Assembly (NCBI GenBank): GCA_964422295.1
Contig: CAYRAM010000008.1
Coordinates: forward strand, 26,242-90,241
From: an uncultured Planctomycetia bacterium
Lineage (GTDB): Bacteria > Planctomycetota > UBA8108 > UBA1146
Direction: 5' to 3'
Length of the DNA stretch: 64,000 nucleotides
The notes below the pieces were generated by a model that saw only the letters and a program-made list of their open reading frames with translations, was not told where the DNA came from and ran no database searches. Below are positions 28,733 to 39,332 of this stretch, one piece after another. Within the stretch, counting starts at the first letter, position 1. The number at the start of each line of letters is the position of its first letter. The translations under genes and the position numbers were made by a program.

Positions 28733-30442
28733 CTAACTGACGATGGTCTCCTTGACGACTTCTTCGATCGTTGTCACACCATCGTAAATGTGAATCAGTC
28801 CGGCATCGCGAAGGGTCTGCATCCCCTCCTCACGAGCCGCAGTCTGCAATTCTTGGGTACTGGCACCATCCATGATCAAATCGCGAACTCGATCCGTCAT
28901 CATCATGATCTCGAAGAGAGCGATCCGACCCTTGTATCCAGAACCGTTACAAAGTTTGCACCCCTTGCCATAGAAGAAGGTGCGGCCCTGAACATCGGAC
29001 CGGGTCAGTTCGATTTCCATCAGGACTTCATCGGTGGGTTCGTACTCTTCCTTGCAATCCGCACACACCCGTCGAACCAAACGCTGTGCAACCACCGCTT
29101 CGACTGTCGCAGTCAGCAGGAAGGCTTCGACTCCAAGGTCAATCAATCGAATCACCGATGACGGCGCATCATTGGTGTGAAGGGTTGAAAACACGATGTG
29201 GCCGGTAAGGCTCGCCTCAACCGCAATTTGTGCCGTCTCCAAGTCACGGATCTCACCGACGAGAATCTTGTCAGGGTCCTGACGAAGAATCGCCCGCAGG
29301 CAAGCAGCGTAGGTCACACCAATATCTTCATTGATGGGGATCTGAATGATACCGTCGATGTTGTATTCGACCGGATCCTCGGTGGTAATGATTTTGGTTT
29401 CCGGCTCATTGGCTTCATTCAGGCATGAATACAAAGTGGTCGTTTTACCGGAGCCGGTCGGGCCGGTCACGAGGATGATTCCGTTCGGCTTCATGATCAG
29501 TTTGCGAATAACTTCGAGATCCTTGGTACGCAAACCGATATTTTCGAGTTCCAGGGATACCTGGCCCCGGTCAAGAACCCTCATCACGACCGACTCGCCA
29601 TACATCGTCGGCAGAGTCGAAACACGCAAATCGACGGGGCGCCCGGCGATATTCAACTCGATACGGCCGTCCTGCGGCAAGCGCGTTTCCGCGATGTCAA
29701 GGTTTGACATCACCTTCACCCTGGAGATCACTGCCCGCGCTAGTTGAATCGGCGGAGGCATCATTTCGTAGAGCACTCCATCGACCCTGTAGCGAATTTT
29801 GAACTCTTTCTCGAAGGGCTCCAGGTGGATATCGGAGGCGCGATCCTTGATTGCTGACAGTAGCACCATGTTGAGCAACTTGACCACCGGAGCGGCATTG
29901 ACGTCCTTCTCAAGCTGATCCATGTCCATCATTTCGTGACGGTTGTCATCCATCACTTCCATCTCGCCGCTGTCCATCGATCCGAGGAGGCTCTCCATCG
30001 ACTCTGCCCTGTCCGAGTAGTACTTCTCCAGGGCTGCTTCCACTGCTGTGGGATCGCTGAGAGCACCTTTGACATCCACGTTCAGCATGAACTTCATGTC
30101 ATCGAGTGCACTGACATTTTGCGGGTCAGCAAGAGCGAGGGTCAGAACACTTCCATCGAAATCGACGGGGATCACCTGGTAGGTTTCAGCAACATGGGCC
30201 GGAACCATATCGAGCAGATCCGCAGTCATCACGATTTCGGAAAGGTCCACCGGCTCCATTCCCGATTGACGGGCGATCGCCAGGCGAACGTCTTCGTCGT
30301 TGACGAGCCCCTTGTCGATGAGGATTTTGCCGATGGCTCCACCCTTATCCTTTTGGGTCTGAAGCGCTTCCTGGATATCCAACTCAGAGACTTTCCCCAT
30401 CTCCTTGAGGATCTGTCCGAGTGGCTGGGATGTAATGGCCAT
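28733..30442 (-). CDS. gspE: Type II secretion / type IV pilus assembly ATPase (GspE/PilB family).
   Basis: The protein has an N-terminal GSPII_E_N domain, the Walker A motif VTGPTGSGKTTTLY, and the C-terminal tetracysteine motif CxxC...CxxC. Confidence 0.9.
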   Translation of the reverse strand: MAITSQPLGQILKEMGKVSELDIQEALQTQKDKGGAIGKILIDKGLVNDEDVRLAIARQSGMEPVDLSEIVMTADLLDMVPAHVAETYQVIPVDFDGSVLTLALADPQNVSALDDMKFMLNVDVKGALSDPTAVEAALEKYYSDRAESMESLLGSMDSGEMEVMDDNRHEMMDMDQLEKDVNAAPVVKLLNMVLLSAIKDRASDIHLEPFEKEFKIRYRVDGVLYEMMPPPIQLARAVISRVKVMSNLDIAETRLPQDGRIELNIAGRPVDLRVSTLPTMYGESVVMRVLDRGQVSLELENIGLRTKDLEVIRKLIMKPNGIILVTGPTGSGKTTTLYSCLNEANEPETKIITTEDPVEYNIDGIIQIPINEDIGVTYAACLRAILRQDPDKILVGEIRDLETAQIAVEASLTGHIVFSTLHTNDAPSSVIRLIDLGVEAFLLTATVEAVVAQRLVRRVCADCKEEYEPTDEVLMEIELTRSDVQGRTFFYGKGCKLCNGSGYKGRIALFEIMMMTDRVRDLIMDGASTQELQTAAREEGMQTLRDAGLIHIYDGVTTIEEVVKETIVS

Positions 30443-30489
30443 TTCTCACCTCTCCGCCTTCACGGGGCGGCACCGATTCAGTTCTGGTT

Positions 30490-32187
30490 TTAGCTGGCGA
30501 ACTCCGAAGAGTGGGTCACTCGCAGGATTTCCTCGACCGAAGTGATCCCCGAGAGCAGTTTTCTGACAGCGTCCTCCTGCAGGGTCACCATGCCTTCGCT
30601 GCGAGCCTTGTTGCGCAGGTCTTTCGCTACCGCCTTGTTGAAGGTCAGGTCACGAAGATCTCCTGACATTTCAAGCAGTTCGTAGATTCCCAATCGACCC
30701 TTGTAACCCGCGGAGCACTTGCTGCACCCCACCGGTCGATAAATCTGCTGGCCCTGAACTTCCGAGGAAGTCAGGCCGATCATGCGCAGTTCTGTCTCAG
30801 CGGGCTCGTAAGTCTCCTTGCACTCTGGGCACAGTTTTCGAATCAGCCTCTGTCCCATGATTGCCAAAACTGCCGAGGCGACGAGGAAGGGCTTCACTCC
30901 CATGTCGATGAGTCGGGTCAGCGCCGATGGCGCATCGTTGGTGTGCAGGGTCGAGAAGACCAGGTGACCCGTCAGAGCCGCCTGAATTGCGGTATCCGCT
31001 GTTTCACGGTCACGAATCTCACCGACGAGGATGATATTTGGGGCCTGACGCATCATGGCGCGCAGAATCCGCGAGAAATCGAGGCCGATCTCATGCCTCA
31101 CTTCGGACTGATTGATTCCGGTGAGGTTGTATTCGATCGGGTGCTCGGCGGTGATAATCTTCGTATCGGGCTTGTTCAGGTCCATCAATGCGGAATAAAG
31201 GGTTGTCGTTTTACCCGATCCGGTCGGGCCGGTGACCAGGAAGATTCCATTCGGTCGCTTGATGATGCGATTAAATCTCTTGAGGTCGCTCTCGTCGAAT
31301 CCCAACTTCTCAAGGTCGACCAATCCGGCATCCTTGTCGAGAATCCTCATGACGACACTTTCACCATGAACCGTGGGGATCACCGAAACACGCAGGTCGA
31401 TCTCTTTACCCTGAATCTTGATCTTGATACGACCGTCCTGGGGTCTCCGTTTTTCCGCCATGTCCATCCGTGACATGATCTTAATTCTGGAGAGTACAGG
31501 CCCCTGAAGTTTTTTGGGCGGAGAATCCATCACCTGGCAAACGCCGTCGATCCGATACCGAACTTGCAGGTGGTGCTCCATCGGCTCGATGTGGATATCC
31601 GAAGCTCCCGACTTGAGAGCATTGGCGATGATCATGTGCACCAACTTGATCACAGGAGCTTCGTTGGCATCTCCATCATCCCCGGCGTAATCACCACGTC
31701 CAAATTCGACGTCATCGTCAGAACCGGCATCTTCACCCAGAACCGAGTCGTACCCCCCTGCCAGACGATAGTAGTCATCCAGCGCCTCCTCGATCGCATC
31801 AGGCATCGCCAGGGCGCAGTCGAGATCAAGACCGAGAATGAAGCGGATATTGTCGAGTTTGAAGGCGTAGTCATCGGGGTCGCCAATCGCCACTACCAAC
31901 CTGCGCTCGCCCTTTTTTGCCACCGGAATGATCTGATTTTCGACGGCCACTTCTTTTGGAACAAGATCGATGATGTCTTGGGCAATCACATGCCTGCCAA
32001 GATTGGCAAAGGGCAACTGGTGATGGATGGCGAGTGCTCTGGTGACCTGTTCTTGGGTACAAAGTTCGAGATTCAGAAGGGCTTCACCGAGTCGGCAATT
32101 TTCCGCTTTGCTGTAAGCGATCGCCTTATCTATCTGCTCTTCGGTGGCCCAACCCTTTTCGCGCAGGATCTCTCCGACTTTTTTCTT
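30490..32187 (-). CDS. Second GspE/PilB-family secretion ATPase, a paralog.
   Basis: The protein has its own GSPII_E_N domain, the Walker A motif VTGPTGSGKTTTLY, and the Cys4 motif CPEC...CSKC. The start is the ATG at 32187 (MKKKVGEIL). Confidence 0.9.
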   Translation of the reverse strand, partial: KKKVGEILREKGWATEEQIDKAIAYSKAENCRLGEALLNLELCTQEQVTRALAIHHQLPFANLGRHVIAQDIIDLVPKEVAVENQIIPVAKKGERRLVVAIGDPDDYAFKLDNIRFILGLDLDCALAMPDAIEEALDDYYRLAGGYDSVLGEDAGSDDDVEFGRGDYAGDDGDANEAPVIKLVHMIIANALKSGASDIHIEPMEHHLQVRYRIDGVCQVMDSPPKKLQGPVLSRIKIMSRMDMAEKRRPQDGRIKIKIQGKEIDLRVSVIPTVHGESVVMRILDKDAGLVDLEKLGFDESDLKRFNRIIKRPNGIFLVTGPTGSGKTTTLYSALMDLNKPDTKIITAEHPIEYNLTGINQSEVRHEIGLDFSRILRAMMRQAPNIILVGEIRDRETADTAIQAALTGHLVFSTLHTNDAPSALTRLIDMGVKPFLVASAVLAIMGQRLIRKLCPECKETYEPAETELRMIGLTSSEVQGQQIYRPVGCSKCSAGYKGRLGIYELLEMSGDLRDLTFNKAVAKDLRNKARSEGMVTLQEDAVRKLLSGITSVEEILRVTHSSEFAS

Positions 32188-32924
32188 CATGCGTGGCCTT
32201 CCCTTGTAGGGCTTCAAATCGACCGAGGAATCATCTCACTCCGCACAGCCCGGCCCCCACGGTCGGGGGAACCGGATACCCTGGCGAATTTGCCAAAGCG
32301 TCAGAATTATCAGGTCACCCGACAATTCTTGTCATCCTGATGTTTGCAATGGCAGCAGGGGTATGGGACACCCCCCGCACACCAAAATCTGCCCAAGAGC
32401 CGAAACGGACAACCTTCAAAGAAATGGTGCCGAAAGCCCCCTGGCAGTCGCTGCTGACGGAGGGCACATCGGTTTCCCATCCCCGAAATTGAAAAAACCG
32501 TGAAAAACGACCCGGGTCGCCTCCTCCGGCACTCTGGGACTGACAGGACTCCTGCGGAATGATCTGTCAATCCGTGATCGTAAAAGATCCCCGTTCAGAG
32601 TCAAGAAAGCCCCCCAAGCGAGTTTTTTGCCCCTCCCCGGGATGAATCGGCCACGACTCCGATATCGACATTCAAGAAAGCCACATCGGTGACCCTTGCC
32701 GCTCTGCGGTCAACGGTCTAGAATCCCGCACTTCTGCAGTGATCGGGGTGGTTGCCAATTTCCATGAGATTCTGCCCCCGAAACCTGCAGATCGTCTGAG
32801 AGTCAATCGAAGAGTCCAAATTGACAGAATCACGGAATCACACGATTCCGGTGTGTGGATTCTGTTTAGAGCCCAGATGGCGTCCTTGGTGACGCCGAGC
32901 CCCTGGAAGAATTGGAGACCTTAA

Positions 32925-33509
32925 GTGTCCAGTCTCAAGACTATTGGAATCACCCTTTTCTGCCTCGTTTGTCTCGCCGGTTGTGCGGGGAATGAGGACT
33001 GGATCCGCCTACGTCCGGATGCGAAATCACCCTTCTCGGGAGTTGAGCAACCAATTGAACGGCCCTACGCCGGCCAAGTCAGTATCATCTATGGAACCTA
33101 CGGTGACTATGAAGGTAACCCCCTTGGTCTCGAAGATGTGGATGGCTTCGGACTTTGGGTCAGCGCCCGTCCCAGCGAGTGGTACATCGCTCCCGAAATC
33201 GGCTACTTGAATGCGACCGAAGACGACGGCTCTCTTGGCAAGGTGGATAACAAGGAAATCTTTTTCGGTGGTCGGGTTACTGCAGAATTGCCATTCACCC
33301 CTTTCTCTCTGATCGGCGGTGGCGGCTTCACGCAACTCGATGTCAGTGAGTACAGTTTCGAGGCTGAGGAAAGTGGAGTCTACTTCCATGGAGGTGCGAT
33401 TCTTCACCTCGGAGAGAATGCCCACGTCGGCTTCGATTATCGTTTCTCCACCTACGATGGTATCTCTGATCGCTCAAACTTTTCGGTGATGACCGGCATC
33501 AACTGGTAG
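32925..33509 (+). CDS. Outer-membrane beta-barrel lipoprotein (OmpW/OmpA-like barrel).
   Basis: A lipoprotein signal (LAGCAG) is followed by alternating aromatic/hydrophobic beta-strand patterns and a C-terminal aromatic residue (W). Confidence 0.5.
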   Translation: MSSLKTIGITLFCLVCLAGCAGNEDWIRLRPDAKSPFSGVEQPIERPYAGQVSIIYGTYGDYEGNPLGLEDVDGFGLWVSARPSEWYIAPEIGYLNATEDDGSLGKVDNKEIFFGGRVTAELPFTPFSLIGGGGFTQLDVSEYSFEAEESGVYFHGGAILHLGENAHVGFDYRFSTYDGISDRSNFSVMTGINW

Positions 33510-33526
33510 AAACAAGCTTGGTATGC

Positions 33527-33575
33527 CAGAAAAAAGGGCCCCTCACGGAGAGCGTGAGGGGCCCTTTTTTCTGGC
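33527..33575. terminator. Bidirectional rho-independent terminator between the OMP gene (+) and the DUF1501 gene (-).
   Basis: The sequence is AAAAAAGGGCCCCTCACGGAGAGCGTGAGGGGCCCTTTTTTC. Confidence 0.85.
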
Positions 33576-33593
33576 TTCAATTCACGCCACCGC

Positions 33594-35009
33594 TCAGGCA
33601 ATGATTTCGTGCACGACCCTGCCGTGGACATCCGTCAGGCGGAAATCCCTCCCGGCGTAACGATAAGTCAGTTTCTCGTGATCAATCCCCAACAGGTGCA
33701 ACATCGTCGCATGGAGGTCATGGACATGGACCTTGTCGATGACCGCATGGTAGCCAAAATCATCCGTTTCTCCGTATGAGAACCCGCTGCGTACCCCTCC
33801 TCCTGCCATCCACATGGTGAAGCCATGGGGATTGTGATCCCTGCCGGTTCCATCCTGTGCCATCGGAGTGCGCCCAAATTCACCTCCCCAGAGAACCAGG
33901 GTATCTTCGAGGAGACCACGGCTCTTCAGATCCTTGATCAATCCCGCAATCGGCTTGTCGACCTCTTTGGCATTTTTTGAATGGTCCCTTTCGAGATTGG
34001 TATGTTGATCCCATTTGTAGGAATGGGTGCACTGGATGAATCGCACCCCCGACTCGGCGAACCGGCGAGCCATCAAGCATTGGCGACCGAAGTTGTCGGT
34101 CGGCTCTTCATCGATGCCGTAAAGTTCCAGGGTTGTCGCCGACTCTCCCGACAAATCCATCACTTCAGGTGCTTCAGTCTGCATCTGAAAAGCAAGCTCA
34201 AAGGATCGAATCCTCGCCTCAAGTGCGTCGTCCGTTTCACGTTGACCAAGGTGTTCAAGGTTGATGTCCTCCAGCAAATCCAACTGCATCCTCTGCAGAC
34301 CCGCATTCCAGTGCTCATTATTGAGATGGTGTATCTTTGCTTCACGAGCTTTGATTCCGGCATGGCCGATGGGGGTTCCTTGATACCTCGCGGGCAGAAA
34401 CCCACTGGACCAATTGTTCACCCCTCCATGTCCCAGTGTGGGGCAAATGGTGATAAAGCCCGGGAGATTGGAATTTTCCTCGCCCAATCCGTACTGGATC
34501 CAACTTCCCATGCTCGGTCTCACGAAAGTGTCACTGCCGGTATGCAATGCCAACAGGGCCCCGCCATGAGCATCATTGGTGCCATGCAGGCTTTTGACGA
34601 AACACAGATCGTCCACCATTTCGGCGACGTGAGGAAACAGGGTACTGGCCCACATTCCCGACTCTCCGTGACGGCGAAATTCCCAGGGAGATCTCAGTAC
34701 TCCCCCGTACTGGCTCGGCTCCGCAAACGTCACTCTGGGCAACGGGATGGAGAGGGGCTTCCCGTGATCCTGTATCAGACGTGGTTTGTAGTCGAAGGTA
34801 TCGACCTGGGATGGCCCGCCATGCATGAAGAGAAAGATCACTCTTTTTGCCCGTGGAGTGTGATGGGGTCCACCCGGCAGATCGGCAAAGAGTTTTGAAG
34901 TTCCCAGCAAGCCCTCGAGAGCCAATGCACCAAAACCGGCACAGCACCCCTTGAGTAAACTCCTCCTGGAAAGCCCGCCGGGGCCCACCTGTCCAGGCTG
35001 TATGATCAC
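33594..35009 (-). CDS. DUF1501 family protein (sulfatase-like fold) with a Tat signal.
   Basis: The N-terminus carries a twin-arginine motif (SRRSLLKGCCAGFGALA). DUF1501 proteins are characteristically encoded next to DUF1549/DUF1553 proteins in Planctomycetota. Confidence 0.8.
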   Translation of the reverse strand: MIIQPGQVGPGGLSRRSLLKGCCAGFGALALEGLLGTSKLFADLPGGPHHTPRAKRVIFLFMHGGPSQVDTFDYKPRLIQDHGKPLSIPLPRVTFAEPSQYGGVLRSPWEFRRHGESGMWASTLFPHVAEMVDDLCFVKSLHGTNDAHGGALLALHTGSDTFVRPSMGSWIQYGLGEENSNLPGFITICPTLGHGGVNNWSSGFLPARYQGTPIGHAGIKAREAKIHHLNNEHWNAGLQRMQLDLLEDINLEHLGQRETDDALEARIRSFELAFQMQTEAPEVMDLSGESATTLELYGIDEEPTDNFGRQCLMARRFAESGVRFIQCTHSYKWDQHTNLERDHSKNAKEVDKPIAGLIKDLKSRGLLEDTLVLWGGEFGRTPMAQDGTGRDHNPHGFTMWMAGGGVRSGFSYGETDDFGYHAVIDKVHVHDLHATMLHLLGIDHEKLTYRYAGRDFRLTDVHGRVVHEIIA

Positions 35010-35018
35010 TTCATCGCC

Positions 35019-38000
35019 TCAATCCAGGTAAAGGAACTCGCTCGAAGCGAGCAGGGTTTGACAAAAACTGTGCCACATCTGCTTCTCGGACACCTCTTCC
35101 GTATCCGGAAGTCCCAATCGTAATTTGGAAAAATACTGGGTGACCCTCATCTTCTCCACACTCGTCGCATCCCGGCACAAAATCTTGCGATAAATCTCAT
35201 CGATTCGGTGCTCTTCTGATTCTGAACCAGCCAAAACTTCGTCGACGATCTTTCCAGAGGCTTCGATCACCATCGGTGAGTTGAGGAAATACAAAGCCTG
35301 ATGCGCCACTACGGATGATGGCCTTTTGGCGATGTGGATCGATGGATCGTTGTAATCAAATGCACTGAACAACTCGTACATCGCATTGCGAATCACCGGG
35401 AGATAAATCGATCTGCGTGGAAGATCGTATCGGGCCTGATTATTGGACTGATCATTGGTGACGTATCCCCGATTGGGAGTCATCAACAGTGTCCCCCCCA
35501 TCTCCCGTTCCAGCTGTCCACTGACCTGAAGGACGGAGTCGCGAACCGCCTCTGCCCTGAGCCGCTGCCGATTTTGGCTCCAAAGCAGGCAATTTTCAGG
35601 ATCCTCCAACAGGCGTTCTGAGTCACTCACAACCTGTTGTCGCCAAGCGGTACTGTCCAAAATCTTGCGAATCAATCGTTTGATCGACCAACCATCGGCG
35701 ATGAAATCTCTTGCCAGCCGATCCAGCAGGTCCGGGTGACTGGGATTTTCTCCCCGTAATCCGAAATTGGATGGAGTGCTGACGATGCCCTCGCCAAACA
35801 ATTCCAACCAAACCCTGTTAACGATGACCCTGGCGGTCAGGGGGTGCTCTGGATGGGAAAGCCAATTGGAGAACTCCAGGCGGCCGCTTGCTTCTTTCGG
35901 CATTTGCGGTTGTGCAAAATTCTTTTGAATCACTGACATGACACCACGGGGAGTCGCTTCCTTTTCAAGCCGCAAATGGCTGCCCCTGATGTGAACCGGC
36001 AGATCAACCACGTCCGCATCGCGCACTCCCAGGGATCGGGGTGGGGTCGGTGGCCTCGACTTTTCCATCTCGGTCAGTATTTCCTGATCCTCGTCCAATG
36101 CTTCTTTCATTTGGGGCGAGGCATATTGGTCATAGCTCTGCAGAATCTCGTACCAGGGACCGGAAACTCCGCGGACGTGATCGAGGACCAAGCTCAGAGC
36201 TTCTGAATCACTCTTCTGTGAAGCCTGAAGAATCAAACTTTGCCACAGAGCAGCCATCTCCGTGAGGGTTCCCCGAAGTGGAGAACCCAATATTTCAACC
36301 ACCTCTGGTGCCAACTTTTTGCGACGCTCAGGCCCGAGGAAGTCCTCCTGCAAATCGTGAACAGGCTCAGAACTTCTATCGAGCGCTCGATTTGCCCACG
36401 CACCCCACAGCGGATCTTCGCGGGTAGAAGGACGCTGGAGATATTCGAGCCAGGCAAGAACTCCCAGCTCCCGGTCCACAACATCAGAATCCCCCTTTGG
36501 AAGAAGTCTGATGCGATCGATGTGGGGAACAGCACTCCCCCCCACCAGTTGCAGACTGTGCTCTCCAGCGGCGAATTCAACCGTGCCCACAGTTTCCCAA
36601 CGCAATCCCTCCAGGCTCCATGTTCCTGTGGTTGCGCCCAGGATCCCATCAAAGAGAGGTTCACCATTGTGGAACAGCTTCATTGGCCGTGATTCCAAAG
36701 CCGTATACCGAACCTGGATTTCATGGAGTCCCTCCTGGAGCACATGAAGATCCCAGGTTACCTGCTGTTCCCCGCCCTGAACGGTGTGGGCAAGGGGAAT
36801 CGCTGCATTGCCATACATGCTCCGATTGAGACCCAATGACATCGAAGAGTTTTCAACCACCGTTTTGCCCGGAATCACCGAAGCCAATTCCACTGCTTCC
36901 AGCAACTGCCGATCGAGCAGAGTGATCAGGTCTGTTTCGTACTCTTTCTGAATCGTCTCAATTTTCTTTTTTCGGCGTTCATCCACTTCTGACCGGTTTG
37001 ATTCCCATTCCTCACGTACCTTTTTCTCCGGTGGCGTCTCCAAAGAAACTTCACGCCACCGTGAAACAAAATTGAGATCTTCAAAGGTACTCGTCGATCG
37101 AAATATTCCAGCCATGGCGTAGTAGTCGCGTGCTGTCACAGGATCAAACTTGTGGTCGTGACATCGCGCACAGCCGATGGTCATCCCCATGAATACCTGT
37201 CCGGTCACGTCCAGCTGTTCGTCCACCACATCGATCGCCAGCTTGTCTTTGTCTTGCTCAGCAAGCATTTTTGGGCCAAGTGCCAAAAACGCGGTTGCGA
37301 TCCGCTGGTCTCTCCATCGCTGCTCGTCTTCAGGTTCAGGCAACAGATCTCCGGCAAGCTGTTCACGAAGGAAACGATCATAGGGTTTATCATCATTAAA
37401 TGATCTGATGACGTAATCCCTGTATCTCCACGCTTCACCGAAGGCCAAATTTTCATCGAGGCCATTTGAATCTGAATAGCGCGCCAAATCCAACCACCAA
37501 CGCGCCCATCTTTCGCCAAAAGCATCAGACTCAAGCAGTTCATCGACAAAACTGTCGAATGCATCTTCACCCTTGTCCGATTGCAAGCGGGTCCAACGCT
37601 CCCAATCGAGAGGAAGCCCGGTCAATAGGTGGGAAGCCCGCTTTGCAAGGGTAAATCGATCTGCAGCTGGAGCGAACTCCCAGCCCTTCTCTTCCAATCG
37701 GGAAAGGATGAATGCATCCAGGTCCTGTCGAACCTGATCACTTTTTTTCACTTGAGGAATGGCGGGATCCTTCAGCGGCTGGAATGACCAGTGATTGCCG
37801 CGCTCGGCCATCGGAGGGATGCCATCGACGTTGCCTCCGGAATGAGGTTCTGCCCCCCCTCTCGGATCAGTCAATCCGTCATCGATCCACTTCCGTAAAG
37901 CTTCTCGCTCAGAAAGTGAAAGGGGATCATCCGGTGGCATCGAAAGGCCCGATTCATGTCCCTCCACCATCTGGATCAGCAGACTGTTTTCAGCATCTCC

Positions 38001-38357
38001 GGGGATCACGGCAGGGCCGCGACCACCACCCAACAGGAGCCCCTCTCTGTGGGTCAAATCCAAGCCGGCTTCCTGTTTGGCTGTGGATCTTCCGTGGCAT
38101 CGAATGCACCGATCCACGAGCAAGGGGCGCACCTTGTTTTCAAAAAACCTCAGGTGAGTATCTGCTGCCGTGTGAACCGACAGGTTTTGACTCTGCTCCG
38201 ACTCGATTCCGGCATTTTGTTTCGCAAACAAACCGGAGTATGAGGACGGAGTCATCGCGGGAATCACTACCAGGAATGTTAGTATCCCCATTAATTTTGC
38301 GCGACTTGGCGGAATTCGCATCTGGCTCCGGTCAGAGATCCATGAAGAAAGCCCCAA
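35019..38357 (-). CDS. PSCyt1 (Planctomycete cytochrome c) / DUF1549 / DUF1553 giant exported protein.
   Basis: The protein has an N-terminal signal or TM segment, a CxxCH heme motif (CIRCHG), the DUF1549 signature (CARCHDHKFDP), and a length of about 1100 aa. It sits immediately upstream of, and is co-oriented with, the DUF1501 gene. Confidence 0.85.
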   Translation of the reverse strand: MGLSSWISDRSQMRIPPSRAKLMGILTFLVVIPAMTPSSYSGLFAKQNAGIESEQSQNLSVHTAADTHLRFFENKVRPLLVDRCIRCHGRSTAKQEAGLDLTHREGLLLGGGRGPAVIPGDAENSLLIQMVEGHESGLSMPPDDPLSLSEREALRKWIDDGLTDPRGGAEPHSGGNVDGIPPMAERGNHWSFQPLKDPAIPQVKKSDQVRQDLDAFILSRLEEKGWEFAPAADRFTLAKRASHLLTGLPLDWERWTRLQSDKGEDAFDSFVDELLESDAFGERWARWWLDLARYSDSNGLDENLAFGEAWRYRDYVIRSFNDDKPYDRFLREQLAGDLLPEPEDEQRWRDQRIATAFLALGPKMLAEQDKDKLAIDVVDEQLDVTGQVFMGMTIGCARCHDHKFDPVTARDYYAMAGIFRSTSTFEDLNFVSRWREVSLETPPEKKVREEWESNRSEVDERRKKKIETIQKEYETDLITLLDRQLLEAVELASVIPGKTVVENSSMSLGLNRSMYGNAAIPLAHTVQGGEQQVTWDLHVLQEGLHEIQVRYTALESRPMKLFHNGEPLFDGILGATTGTWSLEGLRWETVGTVEFAAGEHSLQLVGGSAVPHIDRIRLLPKGDSDVVDRELGVLAWLEYLQRPSTREDPLWGAWANRALDRSSEPVHDLQEDFLGPERRKKLAPEVVEILGSPLRGTLTEMAALWQSLILQASQKSDSEALSLVLDHVRGVSGPWYEILQSYDQYASPQMKEALDEDQEILTEMEKSRPPTPPRSLGVRDADVVDLPVHIRGSHLRLEKEATPRGVMSVIQKNFAQPQMPKEASGRLEFSNWLSHPEHPLTARVIVNRVWLELFGEGIVSTPSNFGLRGENPSHPDLLDRLARDFIADGWSIKRLIRKILDSTAWRQQVVSDSERLLEDPENCLLWSQNRQRLRAEAVRDSVLQVSGQLEREMGGTLLMTPNRGYVTNDQSNNQARYDLPRRSIYLPVIRNAMYELFSAFDYNDPSIHIAKRPSSVVAHQALYFLNSPMVIEASGKIVDEVLAGSESEEHRIDEIYRKILCRDATSVEKMRVTQYFSKLRLGLPDTEEVSEKQMWHSFCQTLLASSEFLYLD

Positions 38358-38461
38358 AGTTGCATTTTAGCCGCCGAATTCACCTCCGACCAGTTACAGA
38401 AGCTCCTTCAACCCTTGCTTCAGCCCAAATGGTACGAATAATTCGAAAAACGAGGTATTTC

Positions 38462-39319
38462 ATGAAGAGTCCCGGTTCTCCGGATCAAGATATCGAACCA
38501 GACCAAAGGTCCCCTTTGGCGCTGAAACCTCCGCTGCACAAACTGGCATGTGTTCTCATTGCCTCAGTTCTGATCTCCGGGTGCACCTTGACGCAGCAGC
38601 AGGTGGATCAAATCACTTGGGAGTACACTCACTCACTGAACAGGGTTGGTCTCGCCGGCGACCTCAAAACCGCAGCGGGAAGCCAGCAGCTGGTCGCCTT
38701 CGATGAGGTGGGTCTGGACTCACCCGAGATCAACTACCGCCCCGGTCTCAGCCTCCGACAAGGTCCCGCAACCTGGACCCTGGACCAAATCCATGGCCAA
38801 TCGAAATCGACATCCCCCTTCGAAGTGACGGCGGGAAGTTTGACTTTTCCCGAAGGGACCTACAATTTTAACACCGAGGTCACTTCCACGAGAATTTGCC
38901 AAGATCTTCCCCTCGATCTGTGGCCTGAGTTGCGATCGCCAAAGATCCATTGGCTCGCCGGCCTCGATTTTGTCGATTACAGTTTTGTCACCCAGTCATT
39001 GGAAACCCCTCAAACCGCCATCAAGTTGGATGATTTGGTTCACGTCCCTTTCACTGGACTTCTTTTGCAATGGCGCCTCAGCAAGAGTTGCAATCTTAAA
39101 GGAATCTTTACAGAATCCCTGGTATCGAACTCAGGAGGACAACCCATAGAATACAGGGATATCGGTGTAGCCTTGGAGTGGGCTCCAGCTCAAGAGTGGA
39201 GATCGCAACTTACGGTATCCCGGAAAAATCTGGGGTTTGACCGCCGCGTGGGTGGGGAACTCCTTGATCTTGAATTTGAAGTTCAGTGCATAGAGTTGAG
39301 CGTAACTTTCAGTTTTTAA
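38462..39319 (+). CDS. Hypothetical lipoprotein.
   Basis: The ATG at 38462 is preceded by a GAGGT SD sequence. The lipobox is LISGCTL. The ORF-track version (37712..) overlaps the convergent PSCyt gene by about 650 bp and is rejected. Confidence 0.6.
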   Translation: MKSPGSPDQDIEPDQRSPLALKPPLHKLACVLIASVLISGCTLTQQQVDQITWEYTHSLNRVGLAGDLKTAAGSQQLVAFDEVGLDSPEINYRPGLSLRQGPATWTLDQIHGQSKSTSPFEVTAGSLTFPEGTYNFNTEVTSTRICQDLPLDLWPELRSPKIHWLAGLDFVDYSFVTQSLETPQTAIKLDDLVHVPFTGLLLQWRLSKSCNLKGIFTESLVSNSGGQPIEYRDIGVALEWAPAQEWRSQLTVSRKNLGFDRRVGGELLDLEFEVQCIELSVTFSF

Positions 39320-39332
39320 TCACTTCTTTCTG

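Noticed and set aside
37712-38461. The 5' 750 bp of the ORF-track gene 37712..39319.
   Set aside because: It overlaps the 3' end of the well-supported convergent PSCyt gene by about 650 bp. A downstream ATG at 38462 with a GAGGT SD sequence begins a clean lipoprotein signal.
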